From Octopus vulgaris (taxonomy: Eukaryota): 64,000 nt of DNA. Position numbers and translations under genes: made by a program. Where the stretch lies: positions 76,384,001 to 76,448,000 of the forward strand of contig OX597824.1 of assembly GCA_951406725.2 (NCBI GenBank), written 5' to 3'. Shown one piece after another: positions 26,564 through 40,431 of this stretch. The notes under the pieces are model-generated. The model was given only the letters and a program-made list of their open reading frames with translations. It made no database searches and was not told the origin of the DNA. The first letter of the stretch is position 1; every line of letters starts with the position of its first letter.

Positions 26564-27152
26564 GTAGAAGTATATATACCATATTATCAACAATAGAAAG
26601 AGAAGATTCTATAGAATTTGTTTAATAATTCTATCATTATACTTAATTACTTACTTATTAGGTTGGCATCTATAAAAAATGATCTAAGTAATTACTAATG
26701 GACTACTTGGGCGATAAAACATACTAATTATATATTAATTATAAGCTAAGAGTTATAATATAAATTATAAATTTTCCCGCGCTAATACATGCATGATAAT
26801 ATAGTTTTCTAGGGGTACATAATTAGGAGAACTACTTGCATAAAGGCTTTTATAAAAAATAATATGATCAGAAGGGTGGAACACTATAGAATAAAAAGTT
26901 TAATTACTAAAACCATGGTGAAGTTAGACTAACTAGGCAGGAATATTTATAGGGTAGTAACTCCATACAACACACCAACTTACTATACTATATAGCTTAT
27001 ATTATATGCAATGTACTTTAATTCATCATGTAACTGAATATCACCTGATTTATATATATATATATACATCTAATATAGGATAAAATTTTTGGAAAATTTT
27101 TTTTTATCAATGGCCAGCATATTAAAAAATACCCTTAAAGGTTAAATTTATA

Positions 27153-27303
27153 AACAACTTATAAACAAGGGCAAAAGAAAAAAATTCTAATGCCAAATAT
27201 GGTGAAACTAGACACAACGTCCAATTATATGGTTATGGACTTTGTGTCTAATTTCGGCATATTTGGCATTAGAAATTTGTTTCTTTTGCCATTGTTTATA
27301 AGT

Positions 27304-27306
<3 letters not shown>
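27153..27306. repeat. Imperfect fold-back with ~70-bp arms, ending in (TA)n
   Basis: ACAACTTATAAACAAGGGCAAAAG...AGACACAACGTCCA pairs with TGGACTTTGTGTCT...CTTTTGCCATTGTTTATAAGTTGT. Confidence 0.85.
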
Positions 27307-27347
<41 letters not shown>

Positions 27348-27639
27348 ATACTTGAGGGTAAGTATAATTAGATACAACACGAACAATTTTAAAGTTAGTT
27401 TCCATCAATCCAGTTCAAGCACAACACCTATAAAACACTAATTTCGCAAATATTTAAGTGTACGTATGACACTATGTACGCATGATGCCCTTAAGTCTAA
27501 TCTATTGTTAATCAGGTTGCTCGTGTCCTTTTGCTTAAAAATCTCATGATCATCAAAAAAATTCTATTTATTTATTTATGCAGTTGAGGATAGCCATGCT
27601 TCTGAATTGATGTAATGATTGCATTGTTTAATTAAATGG

Positions 27640-27897
27640 AGCTGCTGGAAACGGTCGTACGCGCGCACAACACTCGATCTACGAATACTAATACTAACAT
27701 TTGACCTTCCAACTCTCCTCTAACATTCACTAGGACTTATACCTCCCATAACTTGCCTAATAAAAGCGGCGGGAGATGTATTCTCTGGTATACACCTCCA
27801 TTCGCTTTAAATGTTAAGGGCCTCGCTAAAGCATTCTTTAAAATAGTAGAATCTATTTTCCCACATAACCACAAGTATCACTCTATCTTTAACTGAT
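27640..27897 (+). mobile_element. Penelope-like element fragment (RT-to-endonuclease linker region)
   Basis: Translates to RCILWYTPPFALNVKGLAKAFFKIVESIFPHNHKYHSIFN, homologous to the IWFN..P / HSGIFKN region of the element at 36.7 kb. Confidence 0.65.
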
Positions 27898-28339
27898 AGA
27901 GTGGTACTTGGTAATTATCAGATTAACAAGTATCACTCTAATTAACAGATAGAGTGGTATTAGCTAGCTACCTACTTACCTCTCTAGCTACCTTGCTAAC
28001 TATCTGTTTGTATGCCTGCTTTTCTGTGTCTCTCTGCCTGTTTGTGTATCTGTCTATATCTTTATCTGTATGTATGTATGGAGGGATGTATATAAGTGTA
28101 TATACATGTTAAGGGGTCAAAATTCAGGTTGCTCGAGATGCCAGTGATCTCTAGTGTCAGTCGTGATAAAAAGAAATTAAATCTAACCTTCGGGAGAAGC
28201 GATAACGATATTGATCATGTTTCGGCCTTATTAGAACTTCTCAGAAAAAATATAATCTTCACTATGGCTACCAGAACACTAGTAAGAAATGTCTATATAC
28301 ACACACCATTATGCACACTCACCAATCATGTTATGGCTT

Positions 28340-28700
28340 AAATTTGTAAATTTCGTAGATAATAAATACGTTATATTACTCCTATTTTAATATGAGCAAT
28401 TCATTCTGATGCATCACCGTTTTATTACTTCGCTCAAGTGCAAAAATTTTATTATATGAGGTGCTAAAAATCTTCGATAACTGACTGACTTTCAGTAACC
28501 ATCTCTTTCTACTTACTACGTTATTTATATCATGAAGTAACAGATCGTTATTTCCAAGCACTTAAAATATTATTTGTTATCACTTTGTTTATGGATACGG
28601 ATAATAACTCTGTTTATGATCCTATCATCTAGCATTTGATTATCTTCTTATATTTCAAAAAGGAGAACCAAAAAGTGAATGGAAAGATTTATACTATAAG
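28340..28700 (+). pseudogene. Diverged paralogous copy of ~22170-22520 (middle of the GPCR-like relic)
   Basis: Clear nucleotide alignment, e.g. GCACTTAAAATAT(A/T)ATTTGTTATC and CTCTGTTTATGAT. Translates to HLKYYLLSLCLWIRIITLFMILSS. Confidence 0.5.
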
Positions 28701-28758
28701 ATCCCATTTTAGATTCAATTACATCCACCGTTTTCTCAATTTAGAACACTATATATAA

Positions 28759-28805
<47 letters not shown>

Positions 28806-28864
28806 TACACACACATATACATATACATATATAATATCTATCTATCTATCTATTCATCTCTCTT

Positions 28865-28940
<76 letters not shown>

Positions 28941-28956
28941 TAGATAGATAGATAGC

Positions 28957-29448
28957 TACAGTGTACATTTAACCACATAAGATGCATCCATCATAGGATG
29001 CCTGGAACGCTAGAAGGAATAGCCAAAATCCAAACCACTATTAAGGATAAATTTCGAAGGGAATGAAAACTAAAAACATTTAGCATCTATCTCCTGGACC
29101 ATGGTTTCTGACTATATATTAGCAAATAAAATAATTTGCTAAGCGGAGTCTTCATCAACAGGTACGCCAAGATTAAGCATATAAATACGATCACGGGGCA
29201 CATGCTGTAATGCCTCATTTTTATATGTTTAATCTAGGCGTACCTGTTGATGAAGACTCCGCCTAGCAAATTATTTTATTTGCTAATATAGAGTCAGAAT
29301 CCATGGTCCAGGAGATTGATGGTAAATGTTTTTACCTTTCATTCCCTTCGAAATTTATCCCTAACAGTGGTTTGGATTTTGGCTATTCCTTCTAGCGTGC
29401 CAGTTATCCTATGATGGATCCCTCTTATGTGTTTAAATGTACACTGTA
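28957..29448. mobile_element. Fold-back element with ~230-bp arms, each carrying an HHR variant
   Basis: Arms 28957-~29187 and ~29218-29448 are diverged reverse complements. The element is flanked by (TA)/(TAGA) repeats. Confidence 0.85.
29093..29162 (-). ncRNA. Type I HHR variant (C3 changed to U)
   Basis: Minus strand: CCTG-TTGATGA-aGAC..TTAGCAAAT/ATTTGCTAA..GTCa-GAAA-CCATGG-TC-CAGG. The right-arm copy (29243-29312, plus) has GAAT in place of GAAA. Confidence 0.55.
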
Positions 29449-29539
29449 TTTATATAAATAATATATAGTCTATCGACTAATTTTTCTACACGTTAGACCA
29501 CAGGTAGTAAACATGTTTTCTAACCCCGATATTATTAAT

Positions 29540-29632
<93 letters not shown>

Positions 29633-29932
29633 TCTCTATTTCTCCAATGTTCCCCGGAAAGGTTTCCCTACATCGAACTGATACATGATCAAAGGCATTT
29701 AAGCTGAGATCATCCCATCTATTTTCTTGGTCTATCTAGGGTTGCCCTAGGCATAAACAACAACAACAACGAAGTGTTTTCAGATAAGCCCTATATTTTA
29801 TTCGCTTTTACATTGTCGTTTTGTATCTCCAAGGAACTCATTAAAATCTTTAATTTTTGAAACCACTTGATAAGAGGCTGGTCTCTCTGCCTCCCTTTCT
29901 TCTCTCTCTCTCTCCCTATATACTCTCTCATA

Positions 29933-29974
<42 letters not shown>

Positions 29975-30389
29975 TATATATTCCTGTTTAACACTCTAAA
30001 TCCTATTGTTACGTCTCAATTCTATTGAATATAAGTAATTGTAAATATACGGTGCTTGTTGCAGAACTGTTGGCGTTTCAATTACACACACACACAAACG
30101 CACACACACACGAGCGCGTGCAAACACACTAGCTTACATACGTACGTAACACATACATACATAGATACACTGGAACTGTAAAAAATATATACGTGAAAAA
30201 TACGCGTCTGTTTGAGTGCTCAACCACATGCACGTTAATTTCACGAGCAGGTTGTTCCGTGATCGGATCAACTTTGAACACTCGCCATCGTAACCGATGG
30301 AGTGCCAGTTATATTTGAGTATGAGGTTTCAGCGAGAAGAAAACATACACTCTTTGTAAAAATATAACAGATGCTGACCATATGGCTTT

Positions 30390-31024
30390 GAACGAAAAAC
30401 CAACCGCAAATGTTGACGAATGTAACTATCTAGGCACCAAAATAACAATGGCTGGAGACTGCATTCATGGAATAAATACAAGAATCACCAAAGCCAACCA
30501 ATTCGGTATCTTAAACTCAATATGGAAATCAGCAATACACAGTAAGAGCACCAGACTGCGATTTTACAAAAGCAACATACTTGGCATCCCTCTCCATGCA
30601 TCCCAATGTTGGGAAACAACCAAAAGAATTGAAAAGAAATTGGAGGTGTTTTAAAATAAATGTTTCCGAAATATTTTGAAGGTTTAATGACCGAATATGA
30701 TCTTGACTGGCCAGCTACACACCAAGGCTAAGGTGAAACCGATAAGAGAACTATTGTAGCAAGGAGATGGAAATGGCTAGGTCGAATTTGTCGCTATAAA
30801 CCGAATTCAATTATCAGGATCGCTTTGCAATGGGTTCCACAAGGTAAAAGAAGACGTCACTGACCAAAGGATACGTGGCAGAGAACAATAATAAAAGATC
30901 TTAAAAGCAGAGGGTTGATAATGGGACAAGATGTCACGGATGCTTTCAGTGTTTGAAGGTGGAATGATTTTGTTGTCGCCTCAAGTGTCACAAGGCACAA
31001 TGAGAGCCGAATGAATGAATGAAT
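30390..31024 (+). mobile_element. RTE-clade LINE 3' fragment
   Basis: YLGTKIT..GD...INTRITKA..LNSIWKS....TRLRFYKS..W.......KKLEVF (RT C-terminus), then RWKWLG..., and a (GAAT)n tail. Confidence 0.8.
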
Positions 31025-32729
31025 TTCGAGTATATGTATGTGTGTATGAGAATTTAATTTCTTTTATACGCTTCACTTACTCTTAGATCAACAAATATTG
31101 TCCCTCTTTTATATTGATGGAGTAGGTTTTAAATATTAAAGGGTTAAATATTAATATTTTGGTAGATTAGCATAAGTAGTAGTTCTGTGCTGCACAATAT
31201 AATTGACTACGCCCTCCTGAAATACACCCTTTGACCTTGTGCCCATTTTAAAAATCAATATTATAATTGATTCTTAAAATAATAATGGCGGACGATTGAT
31301 TGACATAAACGCTACAGCAAAGTTCCGGATCCTGCAGCGTTCATATAGATCGTCCCCATATCAAGTGAAGTCTTCTGAAATGAATATAACGTCGGAAGGA
31401 ATTCATTATACTGGATTATATTTTTGTTGATTTAATTATATTTGAAGTTTCTTTGTTAATTAATTACAATATCTCAAAAATCCCTTATACAATTTAATAT
31501 ATGCACTTAAAACAGCCTTAAGTAAAATACCGCTGTGTATACAGTTATGTGTATAGAAACGTGGTTTGTGCTAACTGCATTTTATATCAGAGAAACTTTG
31601 GTGTCAAAAACAAACAAAACAAAAAAAGGCAACCCCGTGGTATTCATATCTGAGTAGACCGAATCAGGTTAAAACACTATCTGGCGATCCACCGTTGATC
31701 TGGCGAAGCCCTATGTTTTCAACATATAAGCCTCCGAGCAGTTTCTTTCAGACAAAATATCACAGCCCGTGCCGTATACGCATTATAAACGTTATACACA
31801 CTGGTAGCTTACTTACATCTCATTAGCCGCATTTGTAATTGGTTGTAATCATAACTATGCTTAATGCAGAAATCCAAAGAAATTTTCTCTTCCAACAAAA
31901 AAATTTACACTCAGGTTTTTCTTTTGAAACTCTGCCTATAATTCACATTTTGCTTGAGTATATTTTTATGAGCGGAATAAAGGAAGTATACTGCTGTGTT
32001 ATATCAATCCAAAAATCAATATCAGAGTATTTACGAACTTAAAGTTGGATTAGCACAATAGTTTGAACGTTTGATAAAATACTACATTCGGAGTTGAGTT
32101 CTAAAGCCACCGAAGTCAACTTCGTCTTTAATCCTACCATAAATCGATAAAAAATAAGTACCAGTACTACTATCGATATAAGAGATTATATTGTTTCCAC
32201 AAAAGGTTATGAGCTTCTGTCATTTTACGAGTCGATGGTCCAGCTTTTATAGTTTGGTATTAATAATATCTATACAGAAATCGTATCACTTTTTCTCTGT
32301 ATGGTTTTTCTTCGTATTTATCGTTGGTTATTGATAAAAAGATTAATGCGTTTCCGTCTAATAGTAGACTCGTGGAGGTCAATACGCGGCCCCTACCAAC
32401 AATAGACTATCATTATTTTCCCAATTTTCTCTCAATACTTTGCATAAATTTGCTAAACGTATAACGGGCATCAAAAGAAAATGGTGGCCATGACATATTG
32501 CTAAAACATCAGTAACAGACAGAATGACAACCTGTAACTTTTCTCGTTGGTCACATGACATATCATCTTCTGTATTCATTAAGTCACATAAGGAAATCAA
32601 TATGACACATGATCAGTGAGTGTATGTGTGTGTGTCTATGAATTTATAAAGCCAAATATATATATAACAATTACAGAGTTATAGACAAACTAACACACAC
32701 ATATATACACATATATGTACATAGATACT

Positions 32730-32777
<48 letters not shown>

Positions 32778-32801
32778 TACATACTTACATATATATATAT
32801 A

Positions 32802-32855
<54 letters not shown>

Positions 32856-33076
32856 CATACATTAGACGACATACATATAACATTTGTATATATATATGCA
32901 TGTATATGCATGTATATATATGTGTATATCTATCTATATATCTATCTGCATATCTACCTATCACAGACATAGACACAGACATACACACATACACACATAT
33001 ATACATAATACATATAAATATATATATATACACATATATGCATGTATGTTCATATATATATTTGTATATATAACTA

Positions 33077-33149
<73 letters not shown>

Positions 33150-33499
33150 GTCTATCTGTATATATGCATACATAAATACACACACACATGGCTTCCAAGT
33201 TTTCTGCTGTCTCTTTCAGTATCAATGTCTGGCTTCTCTCTTCCCTATGCTCTCTCAGTAGCAGTCGTCTTCCCGATCTATTGCTCCACTCTCACTTATT
33301 CTCAGAGTAGCAAATATATGTCAAATCTCTCCCTCTATTTTCATCAAGCTACTTTTGTTCTCCGGTTCTTCCACTTTTCAGCTTTCTGAAAAGAAATACA
33401 TACACAAGGTATGTATCCAGGAAGTGCACTTTTCTTGATCACACGACTGGCTAGAATTACCAGCCAAATCCTCTCTACAGCTTAAAAAGACACACACAC

Positions 33500-33599
<100 letters not shown>

Positions 33600-33965
33600 G
33601 ATGTGGTCTATAGGACGAAGCTGCTGATAAGAAAATAAAGACGGTACTTATTTTCTGCTTGTTCCAGCCATTGGACTACGTCCATGCTGGAGCATCATCT
33701 TGAAGGGCTTTTAGTCGAACCAATGGACCCCCAATATTTATTTAAGTTAATTGCTTCTTCTGCGATTAATTCTTCTTTCGGCAAACCGTTAATTTATGGG
33801 GACGTAAACAAGCCAATACCAGTTGTCTAAAGGAGTAGAGGACACAGATAGTTAGACACATACACTCATACACACACATACACTTTCACACATATTTATA
33901 TACTTATACATACATACATGTATGTGTGTGTGCGTGCAGTATATACGATGACATTCTGACGGTTT

Positions 33966-34183
33966 CTTATTTCTTTACAGCCCACGAGAGGCTAAACACA
34001 GAGGGGACAAACAAGGACAGACAAACGGATTAAGTCAATTATATCGACTCCAGTGCGTAACTGGTACTTAATTTATCGACCCCGAAAGGATGAAAGGCGA
34101 AGTCGACCTCGGCGGAATTTGAACTCAGAACGTAGCGGCAGACGGAATACCACTAAGTATTTCGCCCGGCGTGCTAACGTTTT
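33966..34183 (-). mobile_element. SINE family A inserted in an old family B copy
   Basis: Core motif as above. The diverged family B sequence continues on both sides. Confidence 0.8.
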
Positions 34184-34200
34184 TGCCTACTAAAATCACT

Positions 34201-34854
34201 CACAAGGAAGGCATTCGTTTGCTCGGGGTTATAGCAAAAACATTTGCCCAAGGTGCTATACAGTGGGACATTTGCTTGCAAAGCGAGCTTCTTAATCACA
34301 CAGGCATGCCAGCGCCTATGGCTTGGAGTTTAGTGATGGTTTTGAATATTCTGGAGTTAAACCAGTAGTAACCTATCCCTAAATGGCAGCACTAAGATCA
34401 GCGCACTTAACCTAAAATTAGAAGCACACGCAATGAACGGCTGCCATCTTGTAACAGATGCCAGCCAGACAAAATGGAAATGCATTGTTGGACTAAGAAC
34501 ATAATTGAAGACGCCAATGCTGCTCTAAGTCGAAGGTGCATGGTTTAGTGGTTAGGGTGCTGAAATCATGATCGTAAGATTGTAGTTTCGATTCTTGGAG
34601 CGACTGCTAAAAATGAGTAATTCTATGTCGGCCCGGAGTCCCGTCTAGCTGGGGAATATATACGCTGGACCCCCACCCAGGAAACCGGCCCTCTGCTCCT
34701 TGCCATCACTAAACTCCATGCTATAGGCGCTGACATGCCTGTGTGATTAAAAAGCTCGTTTGCAAGCAAATATTTCCGGGTTCAGTCCCACTGTATGGCA
34801 CCTTGGGCAAGTTGTTTTTGCTATAACCCCGAGCAAACGAATGCCTTCCTTGTG
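34201..34854. repeat. Local inverted duplication with ~140-150-bp arms and a ~360-bp spacer
   Basis: 34201-34339 is the reverse complement of 34703-34854, including the non-SINE flank TGGAGTTTAGTGATGG. Confidence 0.85.
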
Positions 34855-35644
34855 CAGAGTAACGTGGACTAACCTAATAACGTCTTAATAAATGGGGTAT
34901 GGTTCGTCTAATGACATAAAATGAGATTGTCGAGTATAAAATCATACATTATTTAACACCTGTAGTCAACATAACTTCATTACACTAGAGTTTATCTCGA
35001 ATTTCTCTTCATGGCTAACGTTTTGGTTGTGATGACAATCCGTAGCCATCTAGAGGTTGCTAGTGTCCATTTTCGGCTGAGCGGACTGAAATGTATTGAA
35101 ATGAAGAGCCTTGCTCAACGACACAATGTACCGTCGGAGATAGCTATCAAATAGGAATATATGAATAAAATCTTCTAGACGTATTATTTCTTTTATTCTT
35201 TTTTAATTCTTTCATCATCACAATGCGACCATAGGGGTGCACCGCCTTGATGAATTTTAGTCCAAAAAAATCGACTCCAGTACTTATTTTTATTTGAAGT
35301 TTAGTAGTATCGGTCGTTTTTTGACACACTGCTAGGTGACAGGGACATGAACGCACCAACACAGTTTGTCAAGAGGTGGTGAGAGACAAACAGACACAAG
35401 GACACACACACGTAGATACGTATATGTATATGTCCGGCAGTCGCCATGATAGATCGATAGCCACTACACACAATCTTTTTCTCTCCTTGTTTCTTTTTGT
35501 GTTCCTTTCTGTGGAAGAGCGTAGGCTCGAAACGTAAAAGACTCTTTCAATTCCCGAGCGTTATACTAATACATCTGTTTGTTTTCTACACCACCTGTCT
35601 TCCTCTTTTGTTTTTTTTCGTGAATTCTCCCTATATATATATAC

Positions 35645-37572
35645 GATCTGAAAAGGGAGGAAAAACAACAAATAGAAGTGTGTCTGTTGTGCTAAATAGC
35701 CATTATTTAATTAATAAAACAAGGTGAGTAGGTTTACAGCTGTTTCTATGTACCAAAGTTGAGGTAAACAGGTGTTTACTCGTTGCAAATGGTAGACGTC
35801 ATCAGAACGAAGAAGGCAGAGATAGACAAAGAGGGGAATAGGGCAAAAGATAGAGGGAGAAATTGGAAAGGAAAAGTTCAATGATTCGAACGTCTTACAT
35901 TTTAGTTGTGTTCAAAGTTCATTAAAATAATTGTGGGGTAGTTCAATAATAGAGGATGGTTGAATCCGAAGTCACGTAGTTAGTTATTATCATTAACGAA
36001 TTATAAGTTTAGCGAAACTTAGAGAATACAAATCTGCCTTTATGCAGACAAAAATATCATTTTAATATTTCTTATTGAGTGGAGGTGAATTGGCCATTAA
36101 TATTAATAGCTATTCTGTTTCACAGAGCTGACAGTGCTTACTGTTAATAGCATAAGACGAAGCTTTTTCTAGGATACGCCATTCTAAACTATAGTTGATT
36201 TTTTTGTCTTTTAGTTCCCAAATGTAGCTACTAAGTCCTGTAGAGTTTGCTTTACTTCTATTTCTAAATGTAGATTGTTGGGAAATCTATCTAAGTATTA
36301 TTTCATTTTTCGTGGCTCCTACATAAGATTTCGTGTGGCTATTTGTGAGTATGTCGCATTGGTATATTACGTTTTTTTTGTTATACACCTATTGGAGAAT
36401 TGATACTTATTACGGTATCTGCAACCACAAAAATTATTCGGTTTATCTGTGCTTATGTTGTGTTGAGGATGGTAATTATTTATCAGGTTCGTGTTGTTTG
36501 CGGGTGGGCCAATAGGGACGAGATTAATTCCATTTGTTTTTTGGCTGTTATGTTTTATGCTGGTATTTTTTCTAGTTTCGTAGAAAGCGTCTAGCTTATT
36601 ATTGATGATCGAGGCTATGATGGTAGCTAGGTTACTAACAAGGATATGACCTACTCTAATTTTATTCTTAAAGATTCCTGAGTGTTTGTTATTTAAGTTC
36701 AAGTGCTTATCTATAAGTCTCATTATGGAGTGAACTATGTTAGATTTAGGCTGTATCGCGTAGGGGATTATTAACCAGATCTTATCGCTATTTCGTTTAT
36801 TTTTAATATTATTATTTTTGGCGTAGAAGCTATCCTCAGTATTCGTGTAGAGTGTAAAGTTGCTGTTATAATTATTATATTCTTTCTATAATTACTTTTA
36901 TTTTTATTATTGTTAGTGTGGGTTTTATTGGGGTTATTTATGTACGGTTTTTTAAAGTTATATGGCTTGGTGTTATCAATCGTCACTGGGGTTATATTAG
37001 CTCTTTGAGGTTCGTTGTTTGTATTCTTCTTCTTCTTCTTCTTCTTCTTCTTCTTCTTCTTCTTCTTCTTCTTCTTCTTCTTGTTATTATTATTGTTATT
37101 GTTGTTGTTGTTGTTATTTTTGTTGTTGTTGTTGTTGTTGTTAGTCGTGTTAGTATTCTTAATTTTCTTACTTTTTACATTTTTAGTATTAGTTTTATTA
37201 TCATTTTTAATGTTGTTAGTTATCTTAGTTTGAATCTTAGCTTTATTTCTTCAGCTTTTTTTTTTGATATCATTGTTATTAATCTTATCTATGCTGTTCA
37301 TATTGTTAATGTGGTTATTAGTTTCGACTGGAGTGTGGCTAGTGTTGTGATAATTGTCTTGGGCGTTATTGTTATTCCGGTTATTTGTATAGTGTTCTAA
37401 GTCTAGGTATTTCAATTTTTGTTCGTACCTTGCTTTTTCGAATGTGCTATTGTAGAAATCCTTATACTTATTGAAGATATCTAGGTTAGAGGAGAGGCGT
37501 AAAATTATTTTGCTAACGCTATGTACTAATCCTCTTTTAATAAAGTTTGGATGGTTTCTGGATGCGCTTATA
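35645..37572 (-). mobile_element. 5'-truncated, decayed Penelope-like element (RT thumb, GIY-YIG endonuclease, 3' repeat region)
   Basis: Minus strand: [12 protein letters not shown]...RLSSNLDIF (thumb), IWFN.P, and IYQC..SYVGAT....WELKDKKINYSLEWRILEKA...CQLCETE (GIY-YIG region). Internal trinucleotide expansions. Both ends abut (TA)n. Confidence 0.8.
35732..35808 (-). ncRNA. Type I HHR (degenerate) at the 3' end of the Penelope-like element
   Basis: Minus strand: GTT-CTGATGA-..TACCA..GAGTAAAC/GTTTAC.CTC..TGGTA..-GAAA-CAGCTG-TA-AAC. Stem III is palindromic, the triplet is GUA, and the stem II closing pair is broken. Confidence 0.6.
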
Positions 37573-37595
37573 TGCACATATACATATATATATAC

Positions 37596-37680
<85 letters not shown>

Positions 37681-37686
<6 letters not shown>

Positions 37687-38210
37687 TTTATAAAAATATG
37701 GTAAAGTAAAAAAGTTCCCTTTACCACACACCGAACTTTTCAGAAATAGCAGCCAAAAATATTGCTATTTCTTCAACTGCAAATAAAAGTCTCCAGACAA
37801 TGCATACTCAGAAAATAACTCACATAGGTATAAGGGAAAAACAATGAAAGATCACATCCATATACGATACCCGAGGACAGTCTGTTTCTGGATTTGTGGG
37901 TAAAACGCCACTTTTCCTTCATCAGCTCAGAGATTTCTTCTGATTTAGATTTGAAAATACTAAGAATCAAACATACCCGTCCGATATCTGTAACATCGGA
38001 CAAACCATGCCAGACACCCAGTACTAGCGAATCCAAAAATACGAATGAGATCTATTATTCTCCCTGTCCACCCACGTGAGTCATAGAGCATTACATTTGC
38101 AGTTTTATTTGCAGTTGAAGAAATAGCCATATTTTTGGCTGCTATTTCTGAAAAGTTCGGTGTGTGGTAAAGGGAACTTTTTTACTTTACCATATTTTTA
38201 TAAATTAATA
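37681..38210. mobile_element. Fold-back element with ~108-bp arms and an HHR in the spacer, flanked by (TA)n
   Basis: 37681-37788 and 38103-38210 are near-perfect reverse complements. Confidence 0.85.
37870..37931 (-). ncRNA. Type I hammerhead ribozyme
   Basis: Minus strand: TCTGAG-CTGATGA-aGGA.GTGG/CCAC.TCCa-GAAA-CAG-a-CTG-TC-CTCGGG. Stem I has 6 bp with G.U pairs, and the triplet is GUC. Confidence 0.7.
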
Positions 38211-38300
38211 CTTCAAATATACCGTAAATGGTCTTTACATACCGAATACTGCTTGGTCGAATTTATTAACAATTAATTAATTCTACCCCCTTTTTTGATG

Positions 38301-38351
<51 letters not shown>

Positions 38352-39299
38352 GTATATATATTTATATATATGCATATAAATATTAATACGCACACACCAG
38401 CAATGCATCCCGGCGTTGCCCAGTTGTTATGACCTACAGCCACATTGTATTATTTGTTCCTTTCTTATGGACAGAATCAACACAGCTGATATATATTGAA
38501 GTGGATTACTGGCGTAATTGAAGTTATTATTTGTTTAAAAGTGAAGAGGGGAGGGTACAATTTGTATAGGTTTGCATGAAAGTGCTTACTGTTTTTAAGA
38601 AGAATCACAAACTATTTATTGATTCATCGCATAAAAGGAGTTAATGCGAATTTGTCCAGAAAACACATTACGTCGCCATCGTAATTTCTTAATTTGTAAC
38701 TTTTCCCGAATTATTTGTTATCCACGTACAACCAAACTAAACTAAACTAAACTCTTTCACTGTTGGTTGGTAGAGCCACATACACATACTGAGACAGACA
38801 CACACAAACATACATTCACGCACACCTCAGACCTGTCTCTGTCCCTCTGTCTGTCGCTGTCTTTAGATATGTGTGCGCGTGAGTGTGTGTTTGTTTGTGT
38901 GTGTGTGTATGTATATCAGTTGTTACAAAAATGAATGTATACTGACAGACACATATACCGTCAAACACATATATTTCTCATTCATCGGCCTAACGTACGT
39001 AACGAATGTGCAAACACATTCAAATAGAAAATGTGACGTCATCGTCGTCGTTGTGGTGGTGGTATAAAATTTCGTTTACAATTGGTGACTAAAAGAAAAA
39101 TTATAAAGTTAAATTTTTGTAATGGAAATATATAAGTGAAAATAAAGTTCATTTGCTAGCCGAAAGATTACTAAATCTTTTGATACCCCATAGTCAAAAT
39201 CAGCATCTCAGTTTTCGAATGCATATGGAACATACGCACTCACACATACGCATACAAACTCTCTTTTATATATATAGATGTACATATGTATATATGTAT

Positions 39300-39380
<81 letters not shown>

Positions 39381-40156
39381 CACACACTCACACTCTCTCT
39401 TTCTCCTTCTCTCTCTCTCTCTCTCACTCACACACACGATGGGTTTCCTTAAGTTTCTGTCTAGTAAATCCACTGACAAGGTTTTGGTCAGCCCGAGGTT
39501 ATGGTAAAAGACACTTGCTCAAGGTAGCACGCAAGGGAACTGAACCCTGGATCATGTGGTTGGGAAGCAAACTTCTTACCACTGAGCCACGCCTGCGCTT
39601 GTGTGTACTATTTTAAGTTAATAAATTTAACGGCACACATTCCCAAATAAACACACATACACACACACGGATATACAAACACATACGCACAATTATGCAT
39701 ACACACATATATACATATGCCTACACTTATACCCGCATATATAAACATATGCACCCGGACATATACACACATACATTTGCTTGTATATATGGAAACTGAG
39801 ATACGCATACAAACGTCTATAAATACGTACACACATATACTCACAAATGTATTTATTTGTGTGTGTGCACCTGTGCGTAAATGGATCAGTTTTCTGTTAA
39901 AAACGTTATATTAAAGAGAGGATTGTGTCCATGTTTAATCATGTTTTTATTAAACATTTTTGAGATTTCTCAATTAAAAGTTAGTGTTTAGTGCAGAACA
40001 ATAATACTTCCAAGTCCAACAATGTAACAAGATCTTCTAGTACCCATCCTCTTAAAGATATTATAATATATGTATATGTATATATATATATGTGCGTGTG
40101 TGTGTGCGTGTGTGTATATGTATTTTTATGTGTATATATATATATGTATATATATG

Positions 40157-40199
<43 letters not shown>

Positions 40200-40397
40200 C
40201 ATATGTGTGTGTGTATATATATATATATTTATGTATATATATATGTATATATATATATACATATGGATATGTACATTTAGATATATATGTATATTGATAT
40301 AAAATCACACACATATATATCATCACATTCATATAAGCTCCATTCTGTATACACATCCATATATTCATACACATGCATATACATACATACATACATC

Positions 40398-40431
<34 letters not shown>

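Noticed and set aside
32379-32600. Minus-strand ORF with ILSVTDVL resembling GPCR TM2
   Set aside because: A single short motif with no supporting neighbours.
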